Below, piece by piece: positions 18,671-27,984 of a DNA stretch of 43,608 nucleotides. Within the stretch, counting starts at the first letter, position 1; each line of letters opens with the position of its first letter. Source of the stretch: an uncultured Methanosarcinales archaeon (GTDB lineage: Archaea; Nanobdellota; Nanobdellia; Woesearchaeales; UBA583); assembly GCA_964562045.1 (NCBI GenBank), contig CAZLRR010000001.1, positions 762-44,369 on the forward strand, written 5' to 3'. The notes under the pieces are model-generated. The model did no database searches. It had not been told where the DNA came from and was given only the letters and a program-made list of their open reading frames with translations. Position numbers and translations under genes: made by a program.

Positions 18671-21289
18671 ATGTATGATATTATTTTGGGTAGAACTCAG
18701 TCTGATCAGAAAAAATATGGAAAGAAAGGAACAGTTATGATAGGAAAACAGTATGTTCAGATGGGGCAGAATTTCTCGCTTTCAAACCCGATTTATATGG
18801 ATGTCTCTAGAGCACATGCAATGCTAATTTGTGGAAAAAGAGGTGGTGGTAAATGCCTTAGCGAAAATTCTGAAATTATTTTAAATGACGGAAGTATAAA
18901 AAAAATTACAGAACTTGAAAAGAATAATAAAAAGATTTTATCTTTAAACCCCAATTACAAAATTGAAGAAAAAGAAAAAACACAATTCTATAAAAGAAAG
19001 GTTAAAGAATTATTAAAACTAAAACTTGATTCTGGAAAAGAATTAGAATTAACTCCAGAACATCCCCTATTAACAATAAATAGTTGGAAAGAAACTAAAG
19101 AACTAAATGTTGGAGATAGGATTGCAACTCCAAGAAAAATTCCCGTTAATGGTAAAACTCCAATTGGAACAGCAAAAGCAAAAATACTAGGATATTTACT
19201 TGCAGAAGGACACCTAGGAAACAATTTTGTATTATTTTCTAACCAAGACAAAGCCATAGTTAGTGACTTTCTAGAATCTATCCAAAATTTTGATAAATCA
19301 CTAATAGTAAAAGAACATGGAAAGTTCAACTATAGAATAATTCAGAACAATAAAAGATATAATGTTTTAACCAGAAATAAAAAAGGCCAAATACTTGATT
19401 CAAAAACATTAAATTGTAAATCTACCTTAAGAAATTGGTTAGAAGAATTAAAAATATATAATACTAGGTCATACACCAAATTTATTCCTGAATGTATTTT
19501 TACTGCACCAAATTCCGAGATAAAAGAATTCTTGAAAACAATGTTTAGTTGTGATGGGTCAATATATCATAAAAAATCAAACAATTACCAAATAGCAATA
19601 ACTTTAGTTTCTAAAGAAATGATAAAACAAATTTCTCACTTGCTACTTAGATTTGGAATAATATCAAAATACAAAGAAAGAAAAATAAAATATAATGGCA
19701 ATTATAATCTTGCATATGAATTAAAAATAGATGGAGTTTTTGTTGAAAAATATGTTGAAAAAATTGGATTTGTGGGAGAAAAAGAAAAAAAAGCAGAAAT
19801 TGTATTTGAATTACAAAAAAAATTAAATAGAAATCCAAACAAAGATACAATTCCAAAAGAAATTTGGCAGAGATATCAACCCATAAAAACTTGGACAGAA
19901 ATTGGAAAAGAAATGAAATATAAACACCCCAAAGCCCTAAGAGAATCAACAAGATATTCTCCCTCCAGAGAAAAATTAAACAAAATAGCAATGATTGATA
20001 ATTGTCAAGAAATACAAAACCTTGCAAATTCAGACCTTTATTGGGATTCTATTGTTTCAATTGATAAAATGGTTGGAAATTTTGATGTTTATGACCTAAC
20101 CTGTCCCGACTATAATAACTTTGTTGCAAATGACATTGTTGTACATAATTCATACACTATGGGTTCTATTGCTGAGGGTTTGGCCGACATGGACCCAGAA
20201 ATTGCTAAAAATCTTGCGTTTATGATGCTTGATACGATGGGAGTTTATTGGTCAATGAAGTACCCAAATAATAAAGAAGAGGCACTCCTTAAAAAATGGG
20301 GATTAGAAGGTAAAGGTTTAGGAGTTCAGATTTATGTTCCAGGAGGTTTTTTTGAAAAATATAAAGAGGATGGAGTTCCAGTAGATTTTCCGTTTTTTAT
20401 TCAGCCAAGAGAATTACAAATAGAAGATTGGATGAATGCTTTTAAATTACACACTGATGATGCTGTAGGGGTTGCAGTTCAGAGGGTTGTTAATAGTTTG
20501 CTTGTTAGAGAAAAAAATTTTGATCTTGATGATGTTATTAAAGAAACTGAGGAAGATTCAAGACTTGACGAGAAAACTAAACTAGCCGTCATTAGTCGTT
20601 TTGAAAATGCTAAAACTTGGGGGATCTTTTCTAAGAATGGAACTCCGATTAAAGATATTTTTACGGGAGGAAAAGTAACCGTTATGGATTTATCCCCCTA
20701 CGTTGCAATGCCTGGAGGTTGGGAGGTTAAAGCTTTAGCACTTGGAATTATTGCAAAAAAGATTTTTGTTGAGAGAATGCTTGTTAGAAAGCGTGAAGAG
20801 CTTTTTGATATTGTAAATAAAACCGAAGTTGTGAGAAAAGAAGAGGTCGAGAATGATTTGCCTATGCCTTGGCTTGTAGTTGATGAAGCGCATGAATTTC
20901 TGCCTACAGGAGATGAAGAAGCTCCATCAAAAAAAGCGCTTATGACAATTTTAAGGGAAGGACGACAGCCCGGAGTTTCATTAATTTTGGCTACACAACA
21001 ACCTGCAAAAATCCACACAGATGCAATTACTCAATCAGATATTGTTTTATCTCATAGATTAACTGCAGAGTTTGATCTTCAAGCATTAGATAAAGTTTTC
21101 ATGTCATATAATTCAAAAGGTTCAAAAGCGCTTTTTAACGCAATGCCAAGAACAAAAGGTTGTGCAATTATTATGGACGATAAGAATGAGAGACTTCACA
21201 CTATGCAAGTAAAACCAAGATTCACATGGCACGGAGGAGAGGATCCAAATGCAATAAGAGAAATAAAAGATGAATTTGATTTTGATTGA
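18671..21289 (+). CDS. HerA/DUF87-family ATPase containing an intein
   Basis: Walker A ICGKRGGGK|S split by intein; Walker B VVDEAHEF; REGRQPGVSLILATQQP. Confidence 0.9.
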   Translation: MYDIILGRTQSDQKKYGKKGTVMIGKQYVQMGQNFSLSNPIYMDVSRAHAMLICGKRGGGKCLSENSEIILNDGSIKKITELEKNNKKILSLNPNYKIEEKEKTQFYKRKVKELLKLKLDSGKELELTPEHPLLTINSWKETKELNVGDRIATPRKIPVNGKTPIGTAKAKILGYLLAEGHLGNNFVLFSNQDKAIVSDFLESIQNFDKSLIVKEHGKFNYRIIQNNKRYNVLTRNKKGQILDSKTLNCKSTLRNWLEELKIYNTRSYTKFIPECIFTAPNSEIKEFLKTMFSCDGSIYHKKSNNYQIAITLVSKEMIKQISHLLLRFGIISKYKERKIKYNGNYNLAYELKIDGVFVEKYVEKIGFVGEKEKKAEIVFELQKKLNRNPNKDTIPKEIWQRYQPIKTWTEIGKEMKYKHPKALRESTRYSPSREKLNKIAMIDNCQEIQNLANSDLYWDSIVSIDKMVGNFDVYDLTCPDYNNFVANDIVVHNSYTMGSIAEGLADMDPEIAKNLAFMMLDTMGVYWSMKYPNNKEEALLKKWGLEGKGLGVQIYVPGGFFEKYKEDGVPVDFPFFIQPRELQIEDWMNAFKLHTDDAVGVAVQRVVNSLLVREKNFDLDDVIKETEEDSRLDEKTKLAVISRFENAKTWGIFSKNGTPIKDIFTGGKVTVMDLSPYVAMPGGWEVKALALGIIAKKIFVERMLVRKREELFDIVNKTEVVRKEEVENDLPMPWLVVDEAHEFLPTGDEEAPSKKALMTILREGRQPGVSLILATQQPAKIHTDAITQSDIVLSHRLTAEFDLQALDKVFMSYNSKGSKALFNAMPRTKGCAIIMDDKNERLHTMQVKPRFTWHGGEDPNAIREIKDEFDFD
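18854..20149 (+). mobile_element. Intein (432 aa) with LAGLIDADG homing endonuclease
   Basis: Starts CLSENSEI; block B LTPEHPLL; ILGYLLAEG and FLKTMFSCDGS; ends VYDLT...NFVANDIVVHN followed by Ser. Confidence 0.95.
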
Positions 21290-21439
21290 TTTTTTTGGTA
21301 AAAGGTTTTTTACGAATCTCCTACTGAACGAGTTCTCAACTAAGATGGAACGAGTGAATCTCAAACCAATAGATTCGTTGAAAAAAGCTTTGATTCAAAT
21401 GCAATAAGAGAAATAAAAGATGAATTTGATTTTGATTGA
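21242..21439. repeat. 48-bp direct repeat of herA 3' end enclosing a ~100-bp palindromic insert
   Basis: GAT(C/T)CAAATGCAATAAGAGAAATAAAAGATGAATTTGATTTTGATTGA at 21242-21289 and 21392-21439; imperfect inverted repeat 21301-21319/21371-21391. Confidence 0.92.
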
Positions 21440-21442
21440 AAA

Positions 21443-21637
21443 ATGAACGGACAAGAAAGAAAAAATATAAAACCTGAAATTGAAGTAGAAATTGTTCTAA
21501 AAAAAGATCAAAGAACTGGAAAACTTACTAAAGGAATTGTTAGAGAAATATTGACTAACTCAGATTTTCATCCTCACGGAATTAAAGTGAAATTAAAAGA
21601 TGGCCAAGTTGGAAGAGTTCAAAATATCATAAAATGA
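21443..21637 (+). CDS. YwbE family (DUF2196) protein
   Basis: IVLKKDQRTGKLT.G.V..ILTNS.FHPHGIKVKL.DGQVGRVQ signature. Confidence 0.93.
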   Translation: MNGQERKNIKPEIEVEIVLKKDQRTGKLTKGIVREILTNSDFHPHGIKVKLKDGQVGRVQNIIK

Positions 21638-21891
21638 AAAAAATATTACATTTAAATTTATTCAAAAAATATTTCAAGCAAATTGCTAATGGTGAGAAGA
21701 AAATAGAATATCGTGAAATAAAACCTTATTGGACTAAAAGGTTAGTTGGCACAATTTACGATGAAGTTCATTTTAGAAATGGTTATCAAAAAAATGCTCC
21801 TTTTATGAGAGTAAGATTTGAAAAACTAACAGTGAGCAAAGAATATGAAATTCATTTAGGCAAAATTTTAGAAATTAAAAATTATCCATAA
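21634..21891 (+). CDS. ASCH domain protein
   Basis: YFKQIANGEKKIEYREIKPYW..RL; F.NGY motif. Confidence 0.85.
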   Translation: MKKILHLNLFKKYFKQIANGEKKIEYREIKPYWTKRLVGTIYDEVHFRNGYQKNAPFMRVRFEKLTVSKEYEIHLGKILEIKNYP

Positions 21892-21921
21892 TCTTTTAAA
21901 TTATAAACTAATTATTTTTTT

Positions 21922-23145
21922 ATGAGAAAAACTTCCCTTAAAGATTATATGCAAGAATTTTTAACAAAAGAAGAGTTTGATTTAGCACCGAGAAGTTTTG
22001 AGGTTGTTGGAGATATTGCAATAATTGAAGTTCCAGAAGAGTTAATTTCTAAAGAAAAACAAATTGGAGAGTCAGTTTTAAAAGTTAATTCTTCTATTAA
22101 AACAGTTCTTAAAAAATCTGGAATTCACGGAGGAGAGTTCAGAACCCAGAACCTTGAGTTTGTTGCAGGAGAAAATAAAAAAGAAACAGAATATGTTGAA
22201 AATGGAATTAAATTAAAGTTAAATCCTGAAATAGTTTATTTTAGCGCCAAATTGTCAACCGAGAGAGAAACCCTTATGGGAAAATTAGCCCCGGAGAATC
22301 GAATTCTGACGATGTTTTCTGGTTGTGGGCCATATTCTCTTGTAGCATTAAAAAAACAACCAAATTTAGCAAGAGTAGATTCAATTGAATTAAATCCTGA
22401 AGGACATAAATATGCTCTTGAAAATTTGAGTCTAAATAAGAATTTACTTAAAAAATCTGAATTTTATAAAAACCTAATTGAATTTTTACGTGAGAATAAA
22501 TTGCCAGTCAAAGAAAAGGAATTAATTTCTAATCTTAATAAATTGAGAATCCATTTTATTTGCGCAGACGTGAAATCAGAAGTTAAAAAGTTCAAATTAG
22601 AGAACCGAAATGATTATGTTGAATCTAGTGATAATTTTATGTTTGAATTAGAACCTGCTAAAGCATTTGAAAAATTGAAAAACCTGCCCGAAAATTCTAG
22701 GCTTTATATTGAAAAAGAATCAATTTCTAATCCAATCCCATACGCTTATTTTCTAGTTATGTTTGCAGAGAAATTTGAATATGTTCTATATGATAAAAAT
22801 GAAAATACTTACAGGTTTTTTGATGACTTTAATAAAGGATATCTATTAAATTTTTTTGAAGGAATTTCTATCGAGAATTTAACAAGATATGATGAGATTT
22901 ATATGCCTCTTCCAAAAGATGCATGGCAGTTTTTAGATTCTGCATTTGAAGTAGTTGCCAAGAATGGAATTATTCATATGTATGATTTTTTAGATGAAGA
23001 AGAAATTGAGACTGGAAGCAAAAAAAAAGTTTTAGATGTTGCTAAAAAGTTAAATAGAAAAGTTGAAATTATTGAAACTCGAAAGGTTGGACAATATTCC
23101 CCTAGAAAGTATAGAGTTTGTTGTGATTTCAAAGTTTTAGATTAA
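21922..23145 (+). CDS. Trm5/Taw2 (Met-10+) family tRNA methyltransferase with large insertions
   Basis: SFEVVGDIAII; GEFRT; VYFSAKLSTER; MFSGCGPY; ELNP; YMPLPK; VGQYSPRKYRVCCDF. Confidence 0.88.
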   Translation: MRKTSLKDYMQEFLTKEEFDLAPRSFEVVGDIAIIEVPEELISKEKQIGESVLKVNSSIKTVLKKSGIHGGEFRTQNLEFVAGENKKETEYVENGIKLKLNPEIVYFSAKLSTERETLMGKLAPENRILTMFSGCGPYSLVALKKQPNLARVDSIELNPEGHKYALENLSLNKNLLKKSEFYKNLIEFLRENKLPVKEKELISNLNKLRIHFICADVKSEVKKFKLENRNDYVESSDNFMFELEPAKAFEKLKNLPENSRLYIEKESISNPIPYAYFLVMFAEKFEYVLYDKNENTYRFFDDFNKGYLLNFFEGISIENLTRYDEIYMPLPKDAWQFLDSAFEVVAKNGIIHMYDFLDEEEIETGSKKKVLDVAKKLNRKVEIIETRKVGQYSPRKYRVCCDFKVLD

Positions 23146-23663
23146 GACTGAACCTCAGGAACTTCAGCATCATAATCTACATAAAAAGTTTTCGGATAGA
23201 AAAAATCTCCCGACTCAAAATAATCTTTTTTTTCATCTTTTTCAAGTCCTTCTAAAGTTTCGAGCGAACCTTTTTCTCTAGCGTAAGTTATTGTTTCCAT
23301 ATCAACTTCAAAAACATAAGGTTCTTTTTCTCCATTAAGTTTTCTATATGTGTTGGTTATCTGATTCTCTTCATCGAAAACCACATAAACTCTATCGGAG
23401 GAATTTCTTATTGCAGTTACATAAATATATCCTTCGGATGTTTCAACATAATAATAACCATTACAATATTGTTTTAACTGAGAATTCTCACAAGTCGAAT
23501 AATCAGATTTTAATTTTACCGAATTGAATTCGCCCCCATCACTAAAAAGCCAATTAAGAGGATTTATATTTCCAAAGATTACAACAACTAAAGTTATAAC
23601 TAAAAGAATTGCAACAATAGTTTTTGTTGAAGGAAGTTCCATTCCTTTTTTATTTAATTTCAT
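23142..23663 (-). CDS. Pilin-like secreted protein (class III-like signal peptide)
   Basis: MKLNKKG/MELP followed by a hydrophobic helix. Confidence 0.7.
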   Translation of the reverse strand: MKLNKKGMELPSTKTIVAILLVITLVVVIFGNINPLNWLFSDGGEFNSVKLKSDYSTCENSQLKQYCNGYYYVETSEGYIYVTAIRNSSDRVYVVFDEENQITNTYRKLNGEKEPYVFEVDMETITYAREKGSLETLEGLEKDEKKDYFESGDFFYPKTFYVDYDAEVPEVQS

Positions 23664-25138
23664 CCTCTAATAATTGGGAAAGGTACAAAGTACCTTCTGT
23701 GTTTTCCGCCTACTTTTACTTCAACTTCCAAATCTGGAAGTCTGATATCTCCAAGAACTCCTTTTTTATTTACGAGAGCAAAACCTAAAATTCTCGAATC
23801 TTCTTTTTCAAATTTTTTGAAATCCCAAATTAGTTTATATTGGTTTTTTCCTTTCAATACTGATTTTGGTTCTACAAGTAAAAAACTATCATCTTCTACA
23901 CTTAAATAAGCGGGCATTCTGAAAACAATTTTCAAATCATCAATTAGATTTTCTTTAATGTTTTCAAAACCTATTCTTACTTTAAAGGATTTAACTCCCT
24001 CATGTTCTACTCTTCTAACTTCATATAATGAATTATCAACAGCCAAAGGATTGGAAGTTTTTCTTTTGTAGATATAAACTGAAATTAACAAAATGATTAG
24101 TAATAACAAGTAAAGTCCAACATAATTAAAACTATATTCAATTGTTTTTACTTCTCCTTTTTCAAGTGTTGTATTAATTAAAATGTCCCCATTAGTTTTT
24201 GAATAAACATCATCTGTAAAAAAGAACAGCGACTTGAAAAAGTTGCTATCAATTGTTTTCTGATATTGAGCTTCGACATTACCTATATTTTCTAATTTAA
24301 TTGTTGTCTTTTCACTAAAAATGCCAGAATCAACAGATTCAATTTCTACAATCTCTTCATATTTTTCAATTTGAAGTTTTGCTGTTTCATACCATTCTCT
24401 GCTTGATTTATCTTCAACATTTTCTTTTCTAATTAAAACTTTCAAATCATAAGTTCCAGGATCTATTGAAACAGGAATTTGTTGTCGATAAATTTTATAT
24501 GAATTTTCTGGAGAAAAAGTATCATGAAAAACTTCCATTGTCTCCTCCGACATAATTACTTTAATCATTACATCTTCTCTTTCATTGATATCTTCTGCAT
24601 TAATTGTATATTGTAATGGAGTTTGTGGTGAAGCTTTTAAATTTGCAAATTTTGGAATGAAAACAACTTGTTGCTCGTCCCTTGGAATAATGTCCACCGA
24701 AAAAATTAAAGTTACATCTTCTTCTTCACCTTTCAAGATTACAGGAAAATTGAAAAAACCTTTGTAATCAGTTTTTTGAGAATATTTAATTAAATCAGGA
24801 CTAATTACTTCGGCACCATAGTCAAATTGGCTATTTGCTTCAAGTTTTAGTGTAAGATCTTTTATTTCTTTTCCACTTAAAACAAAATTATCTGCATTAA
24901 TGTCTACATCCCATCCAGAAACACTCGGAAGAACAATTTCAAACTCTTGTCTTTCATTTAAAAGATTTGTTAGATGAATGTCAAAACTTGCTTCAATGTT
25001 ATCATTATAAACCTGAGCTTGCTGCTTTTCAAGTTCAACACTAAAATCTCCATTTTCATTATAAACTGAAGCCATAATTCCTGGAACGAGAAAAACCATA
25101 AACAATGCAATTATAATCTTTTTAAAATTCATCTTCAT
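23660..25138 (-). CDS. Hypothetical membrane-anchored surface protein
   Basis: Signal peptide, beta-rich domains, one TM helix near the C-terminus; start chosen at ATG after GGAAGGTG RBS-like motif. Confidence 0.75.
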   Translation of the reverse strand: MKMNFKKIIIALFMVFLVPGIMASVYNENGDFSVELEKQQAQVYNDNIEASFDIHLTNLLNERQEFEIVLPSVSGWDVDINADNFVLSGKEIKDLTLKLEANSQFDYGAEVISPDLIKYSQKTDYKGFFNFPVILKGEEEDVTLIFSVDIIPRDEQQVVFIPKFANLKASPQTPLQYTINAEDINEREDVMIKVIMSEETMEVFHDTFSPENSYKIYRQQIPVSIDPGTYDLKVLIRKENVEDKSSREWYETAKLQIEKYEEIVEIESVDSGIFSEKTTIKLENIGNVEAQYQKTIDSNFFKSLFFFTDDVYSKTNGDILINTTLEKGEVKTIEYSFNYVGLYLLLLIILLISVYIYKRKTSNPLAVDNSLYEVRRVEHEGVKSFKVRIGFENIKENLIDDLKIVFRMPAYLSVEDDSFLLVEPKSVLKGKNQYKLIWDFKKFEKEDSRILGFALVNKKGVLGDIRLPDLEVEVKVGGKHRRYFVPFPIIRG

Positions 25139-26072
25139 CACCTTCCTTGTTTTTTGCTTTGATTTTTTTAATTTCATCTTCAAGATTAAGTTTTGTAATG
25201 ATTTCTTTGTAACGATTTCTAATTGTAACTTCTGTAACTCCAGAAACTTCTGAAATGTCTCTTTGTGTTCTTCTCTCTCCTTCTAAAAGACCAGCAATAT
25301 AGAGGGCTGCGGCTGCAATTCCAATTGGACCCCTTCCAGAAGTTAATTCTAAAGATAGAGCTTGTGATAATATTTCAATTCCCCTTGATTGTGTTTGAGG
25401 ACCATAACCTAAAACTGAAGCAAATCTGGAAATATAATCTACAGGATTTGAAGGTAGAATTTTAATTCTTAATTCTCTTGTAACATATCTATAACTTCTA
25501 CCAATTTCTTTTTTGTCAATTCCTGAGGCTTCAGCAATTTCATCTAATGTTCTTGGAATGTTTTGCCTTCGACATGCAGCATATACAACACCTGCAACTA
25601 CACTTTCAATACTTCTTCCCCGAACTAAATTTTTTTGAACTGCTTCAGTGTAGATTTTTCCTGCTTCTTCTTCAATTGAAGGGGGCAAAACCAAATATGA
25701 AGAAAGCCTTCTCAGCTCTCCCAAAGCAATTTTCAGGTTTTTCTCCATTACGGTTGAGAGCCTTTTCTGCCATCGTTTCAATCTTTGAAGTTTATATCTT
25801 TGTTTTTTATCTAATGAAAAGGCATCAGATTCTACTCCAATTGCAGTCCCCATACCCATATCATATTTTGTATATGATGTTGGAGCACCACTTCTTTTCA
25901 TTTCTGAATCATCAGATTCTTCAAAATCTCTCCACTCTTTACCAAGAGAGATATTTTTACCATCGATTACAAGACCGCAGTCTCTACAGATGATTTCACC
26001 TCTATCCTTATTATTATAGAGATTTTTGCTTCCACATTCTGGACATTTTTTAATGCTATCGCCACCAATCAT
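25122..26072 (-). CDS. tfb: Transcription initiation factor IIB
   Basis: Zn ribbon CPECGS...CRDCG; EWRDF; GRSIESV..G.VY.ACR; VTEVTIRNRYKE. Confidence 0.97.
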   Translation of the reverse strand: MIGGDSIKKCPECGSKNLYNNKDRGEIICRDCGLVIDGKNISLGKEWRDFEESDDSEMKRSGAPTSYTKYDMGMGTAIGVESDAFSLDKKQRYKLQRLKRWQKRLSTVMEKNLKIALGELRRLSSYLVLPPSIEEEAGKIYTEAVQKNLVRGRSIESVVAGVVYAACRRQNIPRTLDEIAEASGIDKKEIGRSYRYVTRELRIKILPSNPVDYISRFASVLGYGPQTQSRGIEILSQALSLELTSGRGPIGIAAAALYIAGLLEGERRTQRDISEVSGVTEVTIRNRYKEIITKLNLEDEIKKIKAKNKEGDEDEF

Positions 26073-26185
26073 TTTTATGAAGTCTTTTTCCCACAAAAGA
26101 AACCTTTTTAAATTTTACTATAAACTAAGTAAAATCTATTTATAAAATTTTATCACTTTTCTAAAGTGAAAATTTTTTTTGGATT

Positions 26186-26386
26186 TTATTCTCTAGCAAT
26201 TAGAAGGTCTGCAGAAGTAATTGTTTTTCTGCCCGAGTGTGCTGCAATTTTTGATGCTTTAACTGATAAATCATACAAATAAGCTTCAAGAATCTTTTTA
26301 AGTTCTTCTTTTGCACCATCTGAGACACGTTCAGCCCCTTTTTCTTTCATTAAATTTTCAAGTGCAAGTAAAGGAATTCCGGCCAT
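26186..26386 (-). CDS. Archaeal histone
   Basis: GAERVSDGA...AAHSGRKTITSADL histone fold; ATG at 26386 just after the upstream stop. Confidence 0.92.
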   Translation of the reverse strand: MAGIPLLALENLMKEKGAERVSDGAKEELKKILEAYLYDLSVKASKIAAHSGRKTITSADLLIARE

Positions 26387-26387
26387 T

Positions 26388-26618
26388 TTAGTATCCACCT
26401 CTCAAGTGTCCACTTGCAAGTATTATGTCTTTTGATTTTATGGTTTTTCTTTTGCTATTTTCTGCTAAAAGAACTGCTTTATGTACAATCTTTTCAGTTA
26501 AATCTTCAAGTATTTGTGCAGATGCTTCTTTAGCACTTTTTGAAACTCTTTTTCCGCTCGCCTGTGCAATTATGTCTCCTAATGGCGCAAACGGGAGTAT
26601 ATTTTCTCTTTTTGCCAT
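26388..26618 (-). CDS. Archaeal histone (divergent)
   Basis: LPFAP...KRVSKSA...LAENSKRKTIKSKDI histone fold. Confidence 0.9.
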   Translation of the reverse strand: MAKRENILPFAPLGDIIAQASGKRVSKSAKEASAQILEDLTEKIVHKAVLLAENSKRKTIKSKDIILASGHLRGGY

Positions 26619-26739
26619 AATATTTCTTATTTTGTTTTGTTTTAAAATAATTTGGTGCTACTTTTAAGGTAGTTGCGTTATTTAAAGAAATATGGCAAAA
26701 AAAACTACTATAGGCCACATAATACCAACCTCTACCATA

Positions 26740-26892
26740 AATAAAACTAAAATCGCTGACTCATGCTATCTTCACCGCAAAGCAGTGGAGTATTACGCAC
26801 GAGTCTGACTCGCGATTTTTGGTCATTCCTTAGAATATTCATTTCATCCCCGCCGCAAAGCAGCGAGGTATTCGAAGGAATAAAACTAAAAT
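26740..26892. repeat. Double-hairpin REP/PATE-like element (IS200/IS605-end-like) between 14-bp direct repeats
   Basis: AATAAAACTAAAAT at 26740-26753 and 26879-26892; hairpins TTCACCGCAAAGCAGTGGAG and CCCCGCCGCAAAGCAGCGAGG. Confidence 0.7.
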
Positions 26893-26969
26893 TAAGAAAT
26901 TATAATTAGTATTTTCCATAAAAATATACAAATTTTAGTTTTTATAAAGTTTGGGGTTAAAAATAAATT

Positions 26970-27263
26970 TGAGGCCGCAAAGATGCGCAACAATCATAGA
27001 TTCTTGGCACCAAAGGTTTGAAAAATCCTTGCTACTTCAAAAAAATCAAATGAATTTCAAAGAAATGAGGCCGCAAGGATTTGAAAGTTTGTGAGCGTGC
27101 GAAACAAACCGCCAGAAATCTTTGATTTCTCTTGCTCTTTTGAGCTTTGCGAAAAAGTGTTCCGAACGAGAAAATCGAAGATTTTAGAGTGACCGAACCT
27201 GAAAGGGTGAAAATCCTGAAGGACGAATTTTTGTTAGAAAAAATGAGGCCGCAAGGATTTGAA
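26970..27263 (-). repeat. tRNA-Trp-linked array: tRNA 3' end plus two downstream copies, separated by palindromic cassettes (cores A and B)
   Basis: AAATGAGGCCGCAAGGATTTGAA at 27241-27263 and 27063-27085; degenerate TGAGGCCGCAAAGAT at 26970-26984. Confidence 0.92.
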
Positions 27264-27316
27264 CCCTGATCTGCTGGTCTGGAGCCAGCCATTCTGCCAG
27301 ATTATACTACAGCCCC
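27244..27316 (-). tRNA. tRNA-Trp(CCA), intronless
   Basis: Reverse complement GGGGCTG...CGGCCTC-A; anticodon arm GCTGG-CTCCAGA-CCAGC; T arm CAGGG-TTCAAAT-CCTTG. Confidence 0.95.
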
Positions 27317-27366
27317 AATAAAGGATAATAAAAAAAGTGCGCAAGTATTTTTAAATATTGCTGAAA

Positions 27367-27984
27367 TTAGTCCATATCATCAACATCTAAGTCATCAACT
27401 TCATCAATCTCTTTTTTTTCAACAATTTTTCTATTCGCTTCAAATCTCCTCTTACGATTAGAATCATATTTCTTTTTAGCAGCTAAAATTTCCCTGATAT
27501 AAATTCTACCCATTGATTCTTCATCAATATCAAGTTTGTCAATATATTCTTCAACTTTTTCATAATTATCACTTTCAATTTCCAAAAGAGGATCAAGTCC
27601 AGGGTATTCATCAATATCAAAAGTTACATCATTAAGCCTATATTCTGTTCGATATTTTGACAATTCAAAAATTTTTATATATCCAAGTTCATTTAAAATT
27701 CTCTTCATTGTATAAAGATTAGATATTTTAACTCCGATTTCATCTCTTCCAGTAATATTTTCAATAGATTTCTTTTTACCCTTAACATTCAGAAACACAT
27801 ATTTTCCTTTCTGACGAATCCTAAGTGCTTTTCCAAGTCTAGATAAATCTCTGTCGGGAGTATCAAACCTATAATCCACAACACGCCCAGTAAAAATTTT
27901 TTTGGCGCCCAACTTTTCAATTTTTTCAATAGTACTTTTTTTATCAATATTTTTTATCTTTACTTCAACTTCTTTCATTTTCAT
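27367..27984 (-). CDS. CYTH domain protein (class IV adenylate cyclase-like)
   Basis: EVEVK motif; ALRIR; KYRTEY; DIDEYPGL..LLEIE. Confidence 0.9.
   Translation of the reverse strand: MKMKEVEVKIKNIDKKSTIEKIEKLGAKKIFTGRVVDYRFDTPDRDLSRLGKALRIRQKGKYVFLNVKGKKKSIENITGRDEIGVKISNLYTMKRILNELGYIKIFELSKYRTEYRLNDVTFDIDEYPGLDPLLEIESDNYEKVEEYIDKLDIDEESMGRIYIREILAAKKKYDSNRKRRFEANRKIVEKKEIDEVDDLDVDDMD

Noticed and set aside
21122-21364. 80-aa minus-strand ORF
   Set aside because: Spans the herA end and the palindromic insert; no coding signature
27063-27085. Split or permuted tRNA halves
   Set aside because: Fragments cover only the T-loop to acceptor end, duplicate adjacent intact tRNAs, and no matching 5' halves or BHB motifs were seen
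27032-27292. 86-aa ORF similar to ORF 33821..34159
   Set aside because: Both start inside tRNA genes; the peptide similarity just reflects the shared core A repeat
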